A stretch of 63,991 nucleotides of DNA, filler included, from Choristocarpus tenellus KU-1152 (GCA_964200185.2; 12 parts of 12 records of this genome joined end to end with filler, not necessarily neighbours in it); one strand, 5' to 3'; numbered from the whole stretch's first letter, positions 1 to 12,535 are shown. Made by a program: numbers and translations. Notes: generated from the sequence alone by a model not told the origin.

Positions 1-286
1 TTTTTTGCAACCGGCGGGATTTACAGAACCTCAAACCAGGTAATTTCAACACCCCACCCCAACCCCACTCCCCCCCCCCCCCCCCCCCCCCTCTACACTT
101 TGTACATGAAGTGTGGCACTGGGTCCCTTCAAGTTGGAAGGAATTAGCCCCTCCTACCCCCCCCTCCCACACACACGAAAAATAATACAAATTTACATGT
201 TGAAGTAATAACACTCCATAAAAACCCAAGATTAATGCCCAATCTGGCGACAAATCTTTACCACACCCCATGCCTCACAACCACTG

Positions 287-2485
287 TTATTGCATCAAGC
301 TCCCTGCAAACCACAAGACCTGTGCAAATGTCCCCACCATAACAAGAATAGTTGACAGTAACGAAATCCTACCCCTTCCCCCTTCAGCCGAGTTCCCAGT
401 TTCCCTTTCGCCAGCCCACCGCTGAGTCTCTCCCCCCCCCCGCCGTACACCTTGCATCAAGTTTCGCAAGTGGGCTGCGGAGCGTTCATAACCTTTGGAC
501 CCTTCCCCATCTGACCAATCACCCCAATTGCATAGGTCTGCAGAACAACAGCTCAATGCAATGCCATCTGGGCGGCATGCCTCAGCTGCACATACACGGT
601 CCACCACTATCGGTGCCAGGGAGGGCAAATCCAGGTCTTGATCGGCCTCCTCTGGGAGAGTAGACTCCCGTGGTATCTTGATTTGACAGGAGAGGATAAA
701 ATGATAGACATAATATGTTTATCGATACAAACTAGGACTACATTTTGTTTACCGTGTAATCACCCATGATAACTACTGTCTTCAACCTTATCCTGTCACA
801 GCTCAGGACAAATCTGGGCACTCCTGCCCACATACTACCAAGTGTACTATGGTAGATTGTAGGGTTAGTAGTAGTAATGCTCATCATTGTATATTTCAAA
901 CAATAACCCTCAAGTACGGACAAAATAGCACATTCTATAAAAATTCTATAATATTGCAACAGACTGCAGTGGAGCCCTGGTCCCTGTACAGCACATGAAA
1001 CTGCAACATCACCTGTTACAAGCATACTAAAACGGATAATTTTTGATTTAACAGTGCAATATGGCCGTCTGCACAAGAAACTGTTAAGGGGAGTATGGGT
1101 ACACCATACACCATCACAATGTCCTTCCCACAAGCACAATTTAAATGAAGTAAGTGTACATTTCACCAGTGGGCAGCGGCCAGGAGATCACCATTTCATG
1201 TGTTGCCTGCAAATGCATGGTTCCCTCGTGTATGAATGCAGGGGCGAATGAAAAGCTAAGGTCTGTTCCCTACAATAAAAACAGAAATTTTCATGCTATC
1301 ATTTTGATTAACACTTCCTCAAAAAAATAAAAATAATCACAAAGATGCTAATGTAAAACTCCTCTAAAGTACTGATACTAGCTCCAAAGAGATGTATCTT
1401 TACAAAACATCCTGTATCGCACAATGATAGAAAACTGAAAAACACCATAGGCGACAAAAGCAACCACAACCCTCCAAATACATCCTGAGTAATGAAAGTC
1501 TGCTGCATCTCGCATCTAGATGTTGGTGATAACATTAAAACTGTGACAAGTGTAAGTGTCACGAAGTACGCTCCCAGCAGGCCATTCCCAACATTTAGGA
1601 ATCATGTTGATAGATGGCACTAGGGCAGTCAAATCAAGCCTAACCGTGCCATAAGTAGTTCGGAAAAAATCGTGAGCACAACGCCATTTTTGATTAGTGA
1701 CATCCTATGCATGATACCAGGAACCAGCTATTTGATATGTTTTACATCATAAATTGTTTTGCAGATAAATTGGAAACAAACCTTCAAGTCATTCCAATGT
1801 TCTTTCAGTTGTAAATCATTGTACCTATCTGCGGTTCTCGGTATTGAACCAATACCACTAGTTCAAGATAGGTTGGGACCAAGGGTTGATCTCCACCCCA
1901 GAATCAAGACCATGCTGTCACAAATATTGGATGGAGCTAGGATTATTAAAAATATTGTTCTACTCACCACAGCGCAAAAGCGCTCCTCCCTGCCACACTC
2001 CTCCACCTTAGCTGACCTCACGTCACTCTCTCCCCCACAATCAGAGCAGGTATAACAGCGCAGTCCCTCCGCTAAGAAGAGTGCAACACGCGAGAGGAGA
2101 TTGCTTATAGTGAGGGGGTCAATTAACAAAATGTTCTTGTCCACAACCTCTTAGTATTCCACCTCCATCTCAGGAAACCACCCAATCTCGGCACACCAAG
2201 AAATCCTGCCAGCACCCTTTCCACACAGCACAATTGTGCTACCATGAACTTACATGGTTGGATTCCAAAGTACATCTGGCAATATATTGGTCACAGCGGG
2301 GAATCACCGACGTGTTACCAATAAGAAACTATGTTGGGGATGATGAACATGACAAACATGTCTATATGCACACAAAACTAGCTGTACTCACAATACCGAA
2401 GCAAGCACAACGCTATTAGAAGAAAAATATTTGCTCCCCATCTTCCCGTCCTCAAAACCAGTCCATGTTGCGGTCTCAGTTCCAT
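287..2485 (-). CDS. Ly6/uPAR (LU, three-finger)-like secreted protein with predicted GPI anchor; exons 2485-2392, 2071-1968, 676-287 (~195 aa)
   Basis: Spliced on GT-AG sites in compatible phases. Signal peptide MELRPQ...IFLLIALCLLRYSEG, then LRCYTCSDC..EEC..RFCAV | IPRE...DRVCAAEAC..LSCCSADLCN. This gives 10 Cys with the LxCYxC start and CCxxDLCN end. A G/R-rich linker and a hydrophobic C-terminal tail (LLSTILVMVGTFAQVLWFAG) follow. Confidence 0.75.
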
Positions 2486-2831
2486 ATTCCCGATCAAGAA
2501 ATATCTACTCTCAAGTCGGAACAAGGTCAGCGAGGTAATGCAACTTCTCAACCAGAGATGGAGCTCTCCAGACACGGAGCTTGTAGGTTTTCCACTCTTA
2601 GATCAACCCCCTCTGTTTGACCTCGACAAGCTCGGACTCGTCCCTTACCAAACAAGGAGAGGGTGGATGGATTGTACAACACCACAATATTTATAGGAGT
2701 CTGTTATTTATAGGATAGAGAGAGGAACAAGGGTTTCAATGTTTATTATTATTTTCTAGAAATGGAAAGGGAAAGGCATAGTATTGACTGGATCAATCAA
2801 TACATATTAGTGATCTGTGAACCTAGGTGAT

Positions 2832-4897
2832 ATGAAGCGCGTATTCGGGAAGAAAAAGGAGCAAGTCCCAGCCCCTTCGCTGGAGGAGGCTGGAGGAAGA
2901 GTCGATGAACGAGTGTCGAAGATTGACGCGAAGGTGACTGGGTGTGCATAAACTTCCTGTTCGTTCAGTAGTGAACCATGCCAACATGGATGTGGATGAA
3001 TTTTCGACCATTCTAAAGCTTCCATATCTTACTGGCGAGTGTTCTGCCAGCGTCCTACTTCCTATTAGGGATGTTGTAGTGCGTAGTGGAAAGTATTGCT
3101 CTTCTAACACTGCTCCATGTTCACATGTCAAATATTATCCTGGCTTGCACTCCCCTGTATTATTGTTGGACATTCACTCTCACCACGAATCATACTGATT
3201 AGATCAAGGGGTTAGACCAAGAGCTTGTAAAGTATCGCACAGCGCTAGCTAAGGCCAAGGGTCCAGCGGCTGCAAATATCAAGCGGCGGGCACTGGAGAC
3301 GCTGAAGCGGAAGAAAATGTACGAGCAGCAACGGGACCAGATGGCGGGACAACAGTTCAACATTGAACAAACCAGCTTCGCAATCGATTCCATCAAGGAT
3401 ACGGCGACAACGGTATGTCCGTTCCCCGATCATATCCCTTATCGTGCATTCAATTCTATGGAGTGACTCTATCGACTGTGACTAACTACTGTAGGCTACA
3501 ATGTGATCAATGGAACAGGACTACCTGTCAGCATTAAACTTTCCCATCTTCTACAGAGTCTTTAGACAATGTATGATATCTCCACATTTGCGACATCTGT
3601 GCTGATGCATCGTAGGTGTCGGCAATGAAGGCTGCGGGGAAGAGCCTGAAGACCGAGGTGAAAAAGATGGACCTGAATGAGATCGAGGACTTGACAGACA
3701 ACATGGCGGACATGATGGAAGACATGAACGAGATAAATGATATAATGGGCCGATCATACAAGTAAGGTTTTCCCTCGTACACTAAAGTTGGTGAACCCAC
3801 CGTGATCTTTATGTTGATAATATCTGGCCAACATCATCGCAATAATCCACAATACAGAAATAAATCCTCTCCAAATATGGTGACGTTTTTCTTTTGAAAG
3901 GCGAGGGTACAGTAGCAAGCTTGTAGCACATGGATACGGTTGTGTATCACTGGCCTCGTCTTTCTGCTACCTGGTTCAACCTGAACCTCATTTTCTCACC
4001 ACCACCTCTGCCTCGATCATCCAGTGTTCCAGACGAGCTGGATGAGGATGACCTGGAGGCTGAGCTCGCTTGCCTTGATGATGAACTTGAGGTAAAGAAA
4101 GTGGTATGCTTACTCCTTTATTCCAGAGCAATATAACCTCGTCCTTACCTCTCGACAAGAGGAAGGTAAATTCATGATACATACTTGGAAATATTTCTGG
4201 GTTAGCATAGGGTTGGGATTAGCTACGAGAGAGTTTTGGCACTATCAAGTGTGTAGCAAGTTCTAATTATAGTTAGAAGAAAATCCAATCTTAATGTGTC
4301 AGTCAATGGTTCTTATTCCTGAACTGCAGCACTGACCTCCTTTCCCCCCTCCCTTTCCCTTCACTGATGGCACTGAAAGTATCAGTAAGGTAGAGGAGGT
4401 TGCATGGCAAACAAGTCTTACTGACTCAATGTTCCATAGACACTATTCTATCGGTGCAACTGTTTCTCTCTTGTGTGACATATTGTACCCCTTGATCTTG
4501 GTATGATCTCCCCCCTCCCCCTGACATAATTTCTACCTTTGATCCAAACAAAATTAGAAACACCAAGATTACTCCTCATATTCAGAAGAGAGAGGCATGG
4601 TTTGATTTTATCTAGCACATTGTACCTCTTGCAAAACATTATTCCATCTTCTTGACACCCCCGTCTAATTGAACAATGGTTTCCTACTGATCGGTCGATG
4701 TTGACGTTTTACTGTACTTGAAGGGCCTGGAAGACATTGAGGCAGATGAAACTTCAGCGTACACCCAACCGGCAAGCCTGCCATATGAGCCCACTGCATT
4801 ACCAGAGGCTTCTGGACCATCAAGAGTGGATGAGTATGGTCTACCTGTGGCTCCATCTGTAGCACAACCTTCATCCCAAAACGAGATCAAGTTGTGA
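2832..4897 (+). CDS. CHMP5: Charged multivesicular body protein 5 (Vps60, ESCRT-III Snf7 family); exons 2832-2933, 3203-3412, 3616-3761, 4025-4091, 4724-4897
   Basis: Spliced translation MKRVFGKKKEQVPAPSL...KRRALETLKRKKMYEQQRDQMAGQQFNIEQ...DELDEDDLEAEL...VDEYGLP. All introns are GT-AG with matching phases. Confidence 0.95.
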
Positions 4898-7596
4898 CAT
4901 GTTGTGAAGGGGGTGGGAGGTTGTGTGGAGGGCACAGATGGTGGCTTGGGAGCACTAGGCTCTGTACAGCTATGCTGGGTGTGGAGGAATATGGGTGCAG
5001 CCTGACTTGGAGCTGGGACATCTGCTGAAATGATCTGTTCAAGTATAGGCCAATCCCTGCCCCTCTGGATTTCTCATGGAATGAAAATTGATTTCAAAAA
5101 AGTTGTTTGTATTGTGTAGATAGTAAGTAGGATCTCTTGTGTTGCTGGTATCATCATCAAGTCCATTTTCTGGACTCCCACAAGTGCCTAGTTATGTGTG
5201 CTTTGGGGGTTTCAGTTCAAGGTCGTAGTATAGTTCCAACTATTGTTTTACCCTTCAACGAGTGAGAGTTAAGGCTTTGTGTTTGTTGGGAAATATTCTT
5301 TAAGGGATGTGGGTGATTTAACATGGTTGGATTTGTTCCAGTGGTAGCGAGCTATCCTTTGTACACTGATTGATTGGCAACCTTGAAAAATATCTCTTAG
5401 GTCTTCATCACTGGCTGTTCAGTGAGCAATATATTGATTGAGAAAACCACACCTTCCTTACCAGTGTTACGTTGAAAGTTGAAGGTATCCTATTCCTTCC
5501 TCTATATTTTTCATCTTATTTGGCTTTCATGCAGAAGAATTCAGAAGGTCCAATACTAGATTGTATGATGGGGTAAGGAGTGTGTGGAGACTCCAACTTG
5601 TTTTATAGGCCACTACTCCATGATCATGTAGTCCTTTTGTAGGAGCATATGTTCGAGGGGGAAAAGAGTAATGGTACTAGATTTTTGTCCAGAGTAGTTG
5701 AGGATGCCCTCTAATATTGCCATACACTTGGAAGTTCACAAAGTTCCAAAAGGTTTGAGAGCTCCAAGGTTGGCCATGGTATGTGCAGATTTGTCCTTCT
5801 GCAGTCCTTGATATGCTCTAGCCACATTGGTTATTGGATAGATATCTATTATTGCTTGGCTTCTACGCATCTGTGTGCTTGGAGCTAGCTCACCCTTAAC
5901 TGAGTGAAGGAGGGTGTGACTCTTCCATCCTGGTCTATCCCCTCCCTGAATATAGCAGTAGAACATACCAGTAGTGCAAGGGTTGAGCTTGTTTCATTGT
6001 GTTAAATATTGAAGTAAAGTATCACAGTAGTACTGGTTTTATGAGAAAGACGTGGGTATAATGTACATCTTGAATTGAATCCCTTGCAGGTATATTAAGG
6101 TTGCAAGGCAATGCACCCAACCAACTTCTCTTAACCAAAATAATGTTTTCAGGACTCTGTGTAACACTTTGTTCAACCTTATTCGTGTTGGGGTTCAACG
6201 CTCCACAAAAGCAAAAACACGTTGTCACTCACTACTCTACTCGATGTCAACTATCCTATTAACTCATGCACATGCCAATCTTCAAACATATCACAACAAT
6301 GCTCGGACTCATTCAGTATGCGCTTCTGGTCTTCATGGATGTAGATGTCAGACCCTGCTAAACTGAAGAGGTTGCCTCTTTCATTCTGCAATCTGGATGG
6401 TAGTTGTGGAGTGGATTGTTGAAGACTTTTTTCGTCTATTTGTTATGTTGCCGTACCTGGATAGAACAATTTAAGACCTTACACCAATATCATCTGGCCA
6501 GGACTTGACACGGAACCCAATGTATGACTCTTGAGGACTCTTGTCATACGGATTGTGGTTCTTCAACTAGCCTAGGCAACCATGACCAAAGAACAGGGGA
6601 GACACTGCCATCAGAGTTGTAGTTAAGTACCATAGTTTACTTGTATTTTTATTTTTTATCAGCTCCTTTCCCAGTTGGAGTAACTCACCTGTTTCTGCTT
6701 GTTCCTACGATCTCTGCAGTGAATGATGTCAAAGAGCTCTGCACTGGAGCATATGGCAACTCCTCTAAACTACATGCAGCCAGTGCAATTGAATTGACCT
6801 GATTTTTCATTCAATTGTGTCACACAAGTAGTGTGTATTTCAAAGCATTATACTTCACATGTCCAGCAACAAGTGCAAGGCTAAACCACAATACTTGAGG
6901 AGTAGCAACACTTGGATGTGTTTGAGGTATATATTATAACCATCCTTGTAGAAGCTGTAGCCAAACAGGAGACTACTGGGAGCTTCTACACTTTTGTTGT
7001 ATATGTTCTTCTCATCTGCCCATACAATAGTAGGCACTCTTATCTAATGGTGTACACTATCAAGCTGTGCTCTCATAATCACATAGGGACACGGTGATGC
7101 AACCAATGTTTTCCCACCAAATCCCAACCAGAATCTAGAGCATCACCCTATCAAACACAAGTCAATCGTGCAATTGAAATCCTCCACAAATAGCACAGCC
7201 GACCATGATTTGCTGTAAGTAGATGTGGAAAATCATTCTGCATGCAGTTGCCTTGACATGTACCAAGCCAACACAACCAGAAACACACTTGAATGGTGTT
7301 GACCTACTTGATAACTTGTCTCTCCACCTTATACTCCCACTGCCCCAGTCTCAACAGTCCTATGCAGCCCTACCTTGTATCAGTGGACAACAGTACCACT
7401 TAATCGATTCTGCTATCCGATCATACCTTTTGCCTGTGCTCTATTGCCCTATGCAGTAGTGCGTCCTGCAGTTGTTGTGCTCCTCCATGATTGTCCTGTC
7501 CAAACATGTTTCACGTCCTATCTTGGTTTTGTTGTTTGGATCAGCCATAGCTTAAAGCGCTGCTAGACATTGCTTGAGCTTCTGTGCTCCACCTGA

Positions 7597-7773
7597 TTAA
7601 TACGTGGGGGCTGACATGTGACCCCAACATCCAGGCACACCACAACGGCACCTTGGTGCAAGCCTACCACGGTCACTTCCTAGTGGTGGGGGATACAGGT
7701 GGAACAACTCCTCGTCCGCCTCCAACTCTCGAAGGGCAAACAGGAATATGCGCATTTTCCCTCCAATATGGAT
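7597..7773 (-). CDS. Terminal exon of a SET-domain lysine methyltransferase with post-SET motif (5' part beyond the contig end)
   Basis: After the acceptor ttctctttgacag it reads IHIGGKMRIFLFALRELEADEELFHLYPPPLGSDRGRLAPRCRCGVPGCWGHMSAPTY*. This matches the SET C-terminal 'RI.lFA.R.i...EEL...Y' and the post-SET CxCx4C motif. Confidence 0.8.
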   Translation of the reverse strand: MHIGGKMRIFLFALRELEADEELFHLYPPPLGSDRGRLAPRCRCGVPGCWGHMSAPTY

Positions 7774-7832
7774 CTGTCAAAGAGAAAACAGCAACAAGTC
7801 ATGACCCAAAGTATCTGGGGGGGGGGGGGGGG

Positions 7833-7932
7833 NNNNNNNNNNNNNNNNNNNNNNNNNNNNNNNNNNNNNNNNNNNNTTAATTAATTAANNNNNNNNNNNN
7901 NNNNNNNNNNNNNNNNNNNNNNNNNNNNNNNN
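7833..7932. other. Artificial contig linker N44-TTAATTAATTAA-N44; also at 11452-11551, 20735-20834, 24799-24898, 27791-27890, 34802-34901, 39100-39199, 45439-45538, 48322-48421, 54053-54152, 61367-61466
   Basis: Identical 100-bp spacer with stops in all six frames, seen 11 times. Confidence 0.99.
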
Positions 7933-8003
7933 TTTGTTAGGTCTTGGTGGAGTGGGTGTGGGTTAAGTGTTGGGTTAGGTTTTGGTTGGGGGGGGGGGGG
8001 GGT

Positions 8004-8036
<33 letters not shown>

Positions 8037-8666
8037 GCTCATGTGCTTGAAGCACTGGAGACATTTTTTGGTGCTTGCGTGTACATACATCCAAGGTTGG
8101 TCTTTGCATGGAACAGCAGTGGCATGGTGTTTTATCCCCGTTGTGGACTGTCTCTTTCCTGGGTCGAATCATGAAGAGAGGATTGGAGGGGATGGTTTGG
8201 TGGTTGCATTATTTTGTTTCATGTCACTGCGCTGCTGCTGCTTTATTTCCTTTTTTGTTTAGAGTAGCTAATTATGAAGCAAGATTCCCTCTGTAATGAG
8301 CTCCAGGACCCCCCTCCCTTCCCCTCCTACCTCCCATTCCGTTCGTAATGATGAGTTGTTTTACGTGTTTTTGTTTGTCTTGAGATGGTGTGATATGCCG
8401 GGGTGGGTGGGTGGGGGTGTCATCTATCTTGCATCCCTCTGGTGTTGCATTTTGATAGGCTTAGATGTGACGGTGAGAGGGCAGTACAGTGTATGACCAC
8501 TACCCAAAAGGTCGCATTCTGAAATGTTGTGGTCTTTCTCTGAAGTCTTCACACTTTGGTCAGGCTTCTTGTAAGGAGTGGGAAAAACTGCATTGTTATG
8601 ATTGACTGTACTGGTGGGTTCTAGTGGGAGAGGGAGGGAAATTGACATGATTGTGCTAAGCTATAG

Positions 8667-9091
8667 GTTTGCAGACTTGACTGCTGTTGAGCAGTCTGCT
8701 TTGACAACAGTTAGGGTCAAGTTCCGTTATTATTTTCCTTATAATTCCTCCCTCCTTGAGGGCTTCCACCTTGCTGCTCCATAACCAGCTTGCGATCATG
8801 TTTGCTGTGGTATGTCCTGTATGGTGGGAGTGCCTGCGTTGTCTGCCTTCGTGTGTGAGCATGTGTTGGTTGGTTGAGTAAAGGGAGCGGTGTGTTTGGC
8901 TTTGTCTTGTTGTTAGGACAAGTTTTTGTGTTGGAAAAACTGGGGTACAGGAATGTAACATTTGTTTGACTGCTGGGAACTTTGAGTGTTGTTTTTGTTG
9001 CTTATTAACTTTCTTTTACTTTCAGATATCTTCCATTGCCTTGGGGATCGCTGGCCAGATATCAGAGACAATCTGTGCCGGTGGAGGCTGA
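8667..9091 (+). CDS. Possible last two exons of an unknown gene (FADLTAVEQSALTTVR / ISSIALGIAGQISETICAGGG*)
   Basis: Acceptors ctatag and ttttactttcag, donor agg|gtcaag, phases compatible. No recognisable domain. Confidence 0.25.
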
Positions 9092-11386
9092 GGCGGGTGG
9101 GGGGGGGTTAAAGGTGGTATGGGGGGCTTGGGGTAAGGAAGTACTTGAGTGTGTGGAAGTGTCTACTATCTTGGGTAGTGAAGGAGGATGATTTACCCTA
9201 TCTGCTCAAAGCAGTGCTAGAGAGGCGAAGGGATATGGATGGCTATGTGCACCTCTCCCCTCGTGAGCTTACAATCCATCTCCTCTACTGGTGGTGGATG
9301 TCCTGCCGTTCATCAGTGTGCTCTCTCTGAATTATTCAGCATTCAATGACTTGCAGCTTGCTTGCGTTTTGGGAGAGTATGTATAAAGTAGTTGGGGAGA
9401 GTCACTTCCTTTCGATTTCACTCCCTCTTAGCCCTCATCACATTCCATGTGGATACAGAGCTATTTTACCTACATGGCGGTAAATGGGCACCCCTGCTTG
9501 CCCACGCATGCAACCCTCTTCCGAGTCTGTTGTGTTAGTGATTGGCAGTACAAGCAAGTGTCTTCCATGAAGTTTAGGTTTAAAAATTTGTATCCGGTTC
9601 CGTTTGAGGCACATATATATTGTCAGAACAAAAAGTATGACTGGGTGGGTGAGGTTTAAGGAGAGACGTTGGATGGGTATCATATCTGTTGTTCTTCAGA
9701 GTAGTTGTTAAAGGTAGCACATGATGGGATGGTAAGGGCCAGGGGGGGCAACAGTGTTGAATTTCGTTTTTTTATTTCCCAATGATAGTATGTTTGTTGC
9801 TGGGTAGGTTGACGAGGTAGCTGGTTGTAGCTATGGTGGAGTTTGAGGTTGATGGAGTGTGTATTTTGTGCCATTCAAAAAGGCAGGATAAGGATGAAGG
9901 TAGTTATGCCAACGTTGTACCATGGATAAAACGTACAGAAAGAGGTAGCATGAAGAATGTATGTAAGTATGTGTTTTCTGTGCGCCAGTGGGTGCTTTGT
10001 GTGCTCTTCGTTAGCAATGCTACAGACACGCTCATCGGCATCATGATGAGCAGCATGAATAATGATAGCAGGAGCAGAAGAATAGTTTTTTTTCTCCTTC
10101 CTTCAGATTATAAGACTTGTACGATAGGTATCCTCAGTCAGCTATTGTTAAACGATAGCTTAGCTATGATTAGCCACATGAAACAAGGGTTAGTGTTTTT
10201 TTTGTTTTGTGCCGTTGGACATTGCCCCCCCTACTACTGTTGTGCTTTTAGCACAAGTTGCAGTTAGTTGTTAGTTTGATTTTTGGCCATAATACTCAGC
10301 TATTACCTTCCTTGTTCATGGTTACACATGGTAATATGAGGTACGAGGAATGGCTGAGTCTTAGTTTGCTAGCGAAAGAGGTAGGTAGGATGATAACAAT
10401 ACAGACACACTCTACTTGCGTCCTTTCCTGCTATATTTTGACTCCGATGGTGGTGGATCATGGGGGAGAGGGCGATTTTCTTCAGCAGGAAATAGTCCTG
10501 TGTGTGGAATGCATAACAAAGAAAGAGGAGGTAGGTTGCGGTTTATTTTATTTTCATGATGGCCACTGTGCTTGGTGCCTGATACGCAGTTGAAAAGGAA
10601 GCGTTTGTAACTAAGAACTGAAGTGGGCAAATACACTAGAAGAGCGCAGAGACCTGATGCAGTGCCGCTCATTAACCCTGAAGCAGTTGACAAAAAAGCA
10701 AAGGTGTCCAGCAAGCTGTCACCAACAAATCACTATTCTATTTGTTATTAGCATATTTCTATTAATATATCGGTAGATGCGAACACTATGTGGATATTGT
10801 GTAAAACGCATACAATTTTAGAAAATTATGTGTCATTCAACCCAGGCTAAATGTCCAAGAAATTGAAGATTCTACGCCATTCAGTTTTTTGGGAGGGATT
10901 TTTTTTTTCTTATGGTGTTAGTTTGTCCATAGTGAGGATGAAATGACGCCCAATCTGGAGCTGTGTTGACGCGTACGCGCTCTGTTCGCATTTCAAGGTG
11001 TGTACCTACCTCACTCGATGATGATTGATGCCTGTTATATTTTGTAGGTGAATGTGTGTTGCTTTGTGTACTACAGTTGTTGCTACTGCTACCGCTACTG
11101 CTACATTAAGTGACAGGTATATGTATATTATTATTAATATTAGCTAACTCTTTTTTCTCCTCCACGCCTTCTAGTGTCGTTGTGGTTGTCAACAGCAACA
11201 TTCCTAACTATTCATAGGACAATGATCAATATTGTGTAGAACTATATACAGAAGAAATACTTGAAAACACAAACTGAGGAAGACAACATTGGGGGTACTG
11301 CCCATAACAAAAATAGCATGGATGTATGACAGAATACACAGGAAAACGGTAAAACAAGCATAAACGTGTGCAGGATGCCGTCACAA

Positions 11387-11451
11387 AACAGTCTCTCTGC
11401 AAAATTGAGGATGGAGCATACTATGGAGGATGGGTTTGACCCAAAATGGTG
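11387..11451 (+). mobile_element. End of an AACAG...AAAATTGAGGATG DNA-transposon/MITE family, truncated by the contig end (also 34729-34801, 38955-39099)
   Basis: Same terminal motif as the complete palindromic element at 40732-40890. Confidence 0.65.
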
Positions 11452-12063
11452 NNNNNNNNNNNNNNNNNNNNNNNNNNNNNNNNNNNNNNNNNNNNTTAAT
11501 TAATTAANNNNNNNNNNNNNNNNNNNNNNNNNNNNNNNNNNNNNNNNNNNNATCTATCTGTAAAAAGGGGTTGTCAGTAGGGCTAAGGCATGTATAGACT
11601 TGGTGCGAGGAAAGGGGAGGAGCAGAAGGAGTGAAATGTGTGAACAGGAGGTTGTTGTAATTGAGTTGCTGGGGGAGAGGAGACTACACCAAAGGAGCCC
11701 AAAGACTGCAATGAATGGACAAAACTAGTAGGCAATAGCATTTATTTATTTTGCCAACCTCTCCTTCAGGGGGAATTGTGCAGAGTTTCTTGGGATGGAA
11801 ATGTATCTATCTGTAAAAAGGGGTTGTCAGTAGGGCTAAGGCATGTATAGACTTGGTGCGAGGAAAGGGGAGGAGGGAGGGAGGGGGCGGCGGCGGGGGG
11901 GGGATAAGGCAATAGAGCTGTTCTGTAGGTGATGAGCAAAAGGGTTGTATTAGATTTCATTGGGTTTTTTTACTGTGAAAAGAGGTGGTTGTTCACACTC
12001 CTGCTTTGTGCCATCAGAAAGCAGCAAAGACAAACACTTTGCCGGGGGGAGAAACTCATTTGG

Positions 12064-12196
12064 CATTGTACATGCCAAAGCTCCTAACACTCCTAACACT
12101 CCTAACACTCCTAACATTGTACATGCCAAAGCTCCTAAAGCTCCTAACACTCCTAACACTCCTAACACTCCTAACGCTCCTAACACTCCTAACATT
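12064..12196 (+). repeat. Minisatellite of CTCCTAACA 9-mers within a duplicated ~51-bp unit
   Basis: Directly visible: cattgtacatgccaaag(ctcctaaca)n occurs twice. Confidence 0.9.
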
Positions 12197-12297
12197 GCAT
12201 TGCATTGTCCGTAGCCCACACTATGTCCTTGCTCAAGCCCGGTCTTGTTTTCTACTCAATGCAACGCACTCCCTAACCCTTGAATTAATTCCAGTCT

Positions 12298-12535
12298 GAC
12301 CCGTTTGGCTTGTCCATTTGGGGCTTGGCTTCCCACGTTTTTTCTTATGCCTTTTTTCGGTTTTCTGTTTGAACAGAGTTACCTAAAATGTATACAACTG
12401 TGGAAGGCGTGTCCGGAGCAAGGATATTGACAATTTCCTAACAAGCACGATAGCCAAAATTCATCAAAATTGCAACAACATTGGATTTATGGCCCCAAAT
12501 AGACGCGCTCCTACCCTATTAAATGCTTTGGGTCT
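12298..12535. mobile_element. Partial copy of the ~250-290 bp GAGTCAAAGTATCT-ended MITE family
   Basis: Shares tgtccatttggggcttggcttccc...gtgtccggagcaaggatattgaca...acattggattt...ctaccct..aaatgctttgggtc with the copies at 55897 and 63539. Confidence 0.75.

Noticed and set aside
6270-7485. Exon-like minus-strand segments with good splice sites (e.g. 6689-6765, 7447-7485)
   Set aside because: They lie downstream of the SET gene stop and give no coherent protein; possibly spliced 3' UTR.
7944-8262. Poly-Gly/poly-Pro ORFs
   Set aside because: Homopolymer G runs at a contig edge.
11950-12299. ORFs with LGV/PNT/LLT repeats
   Set aside because: By-product of a 9-bp minisatellite that is open in several frames.
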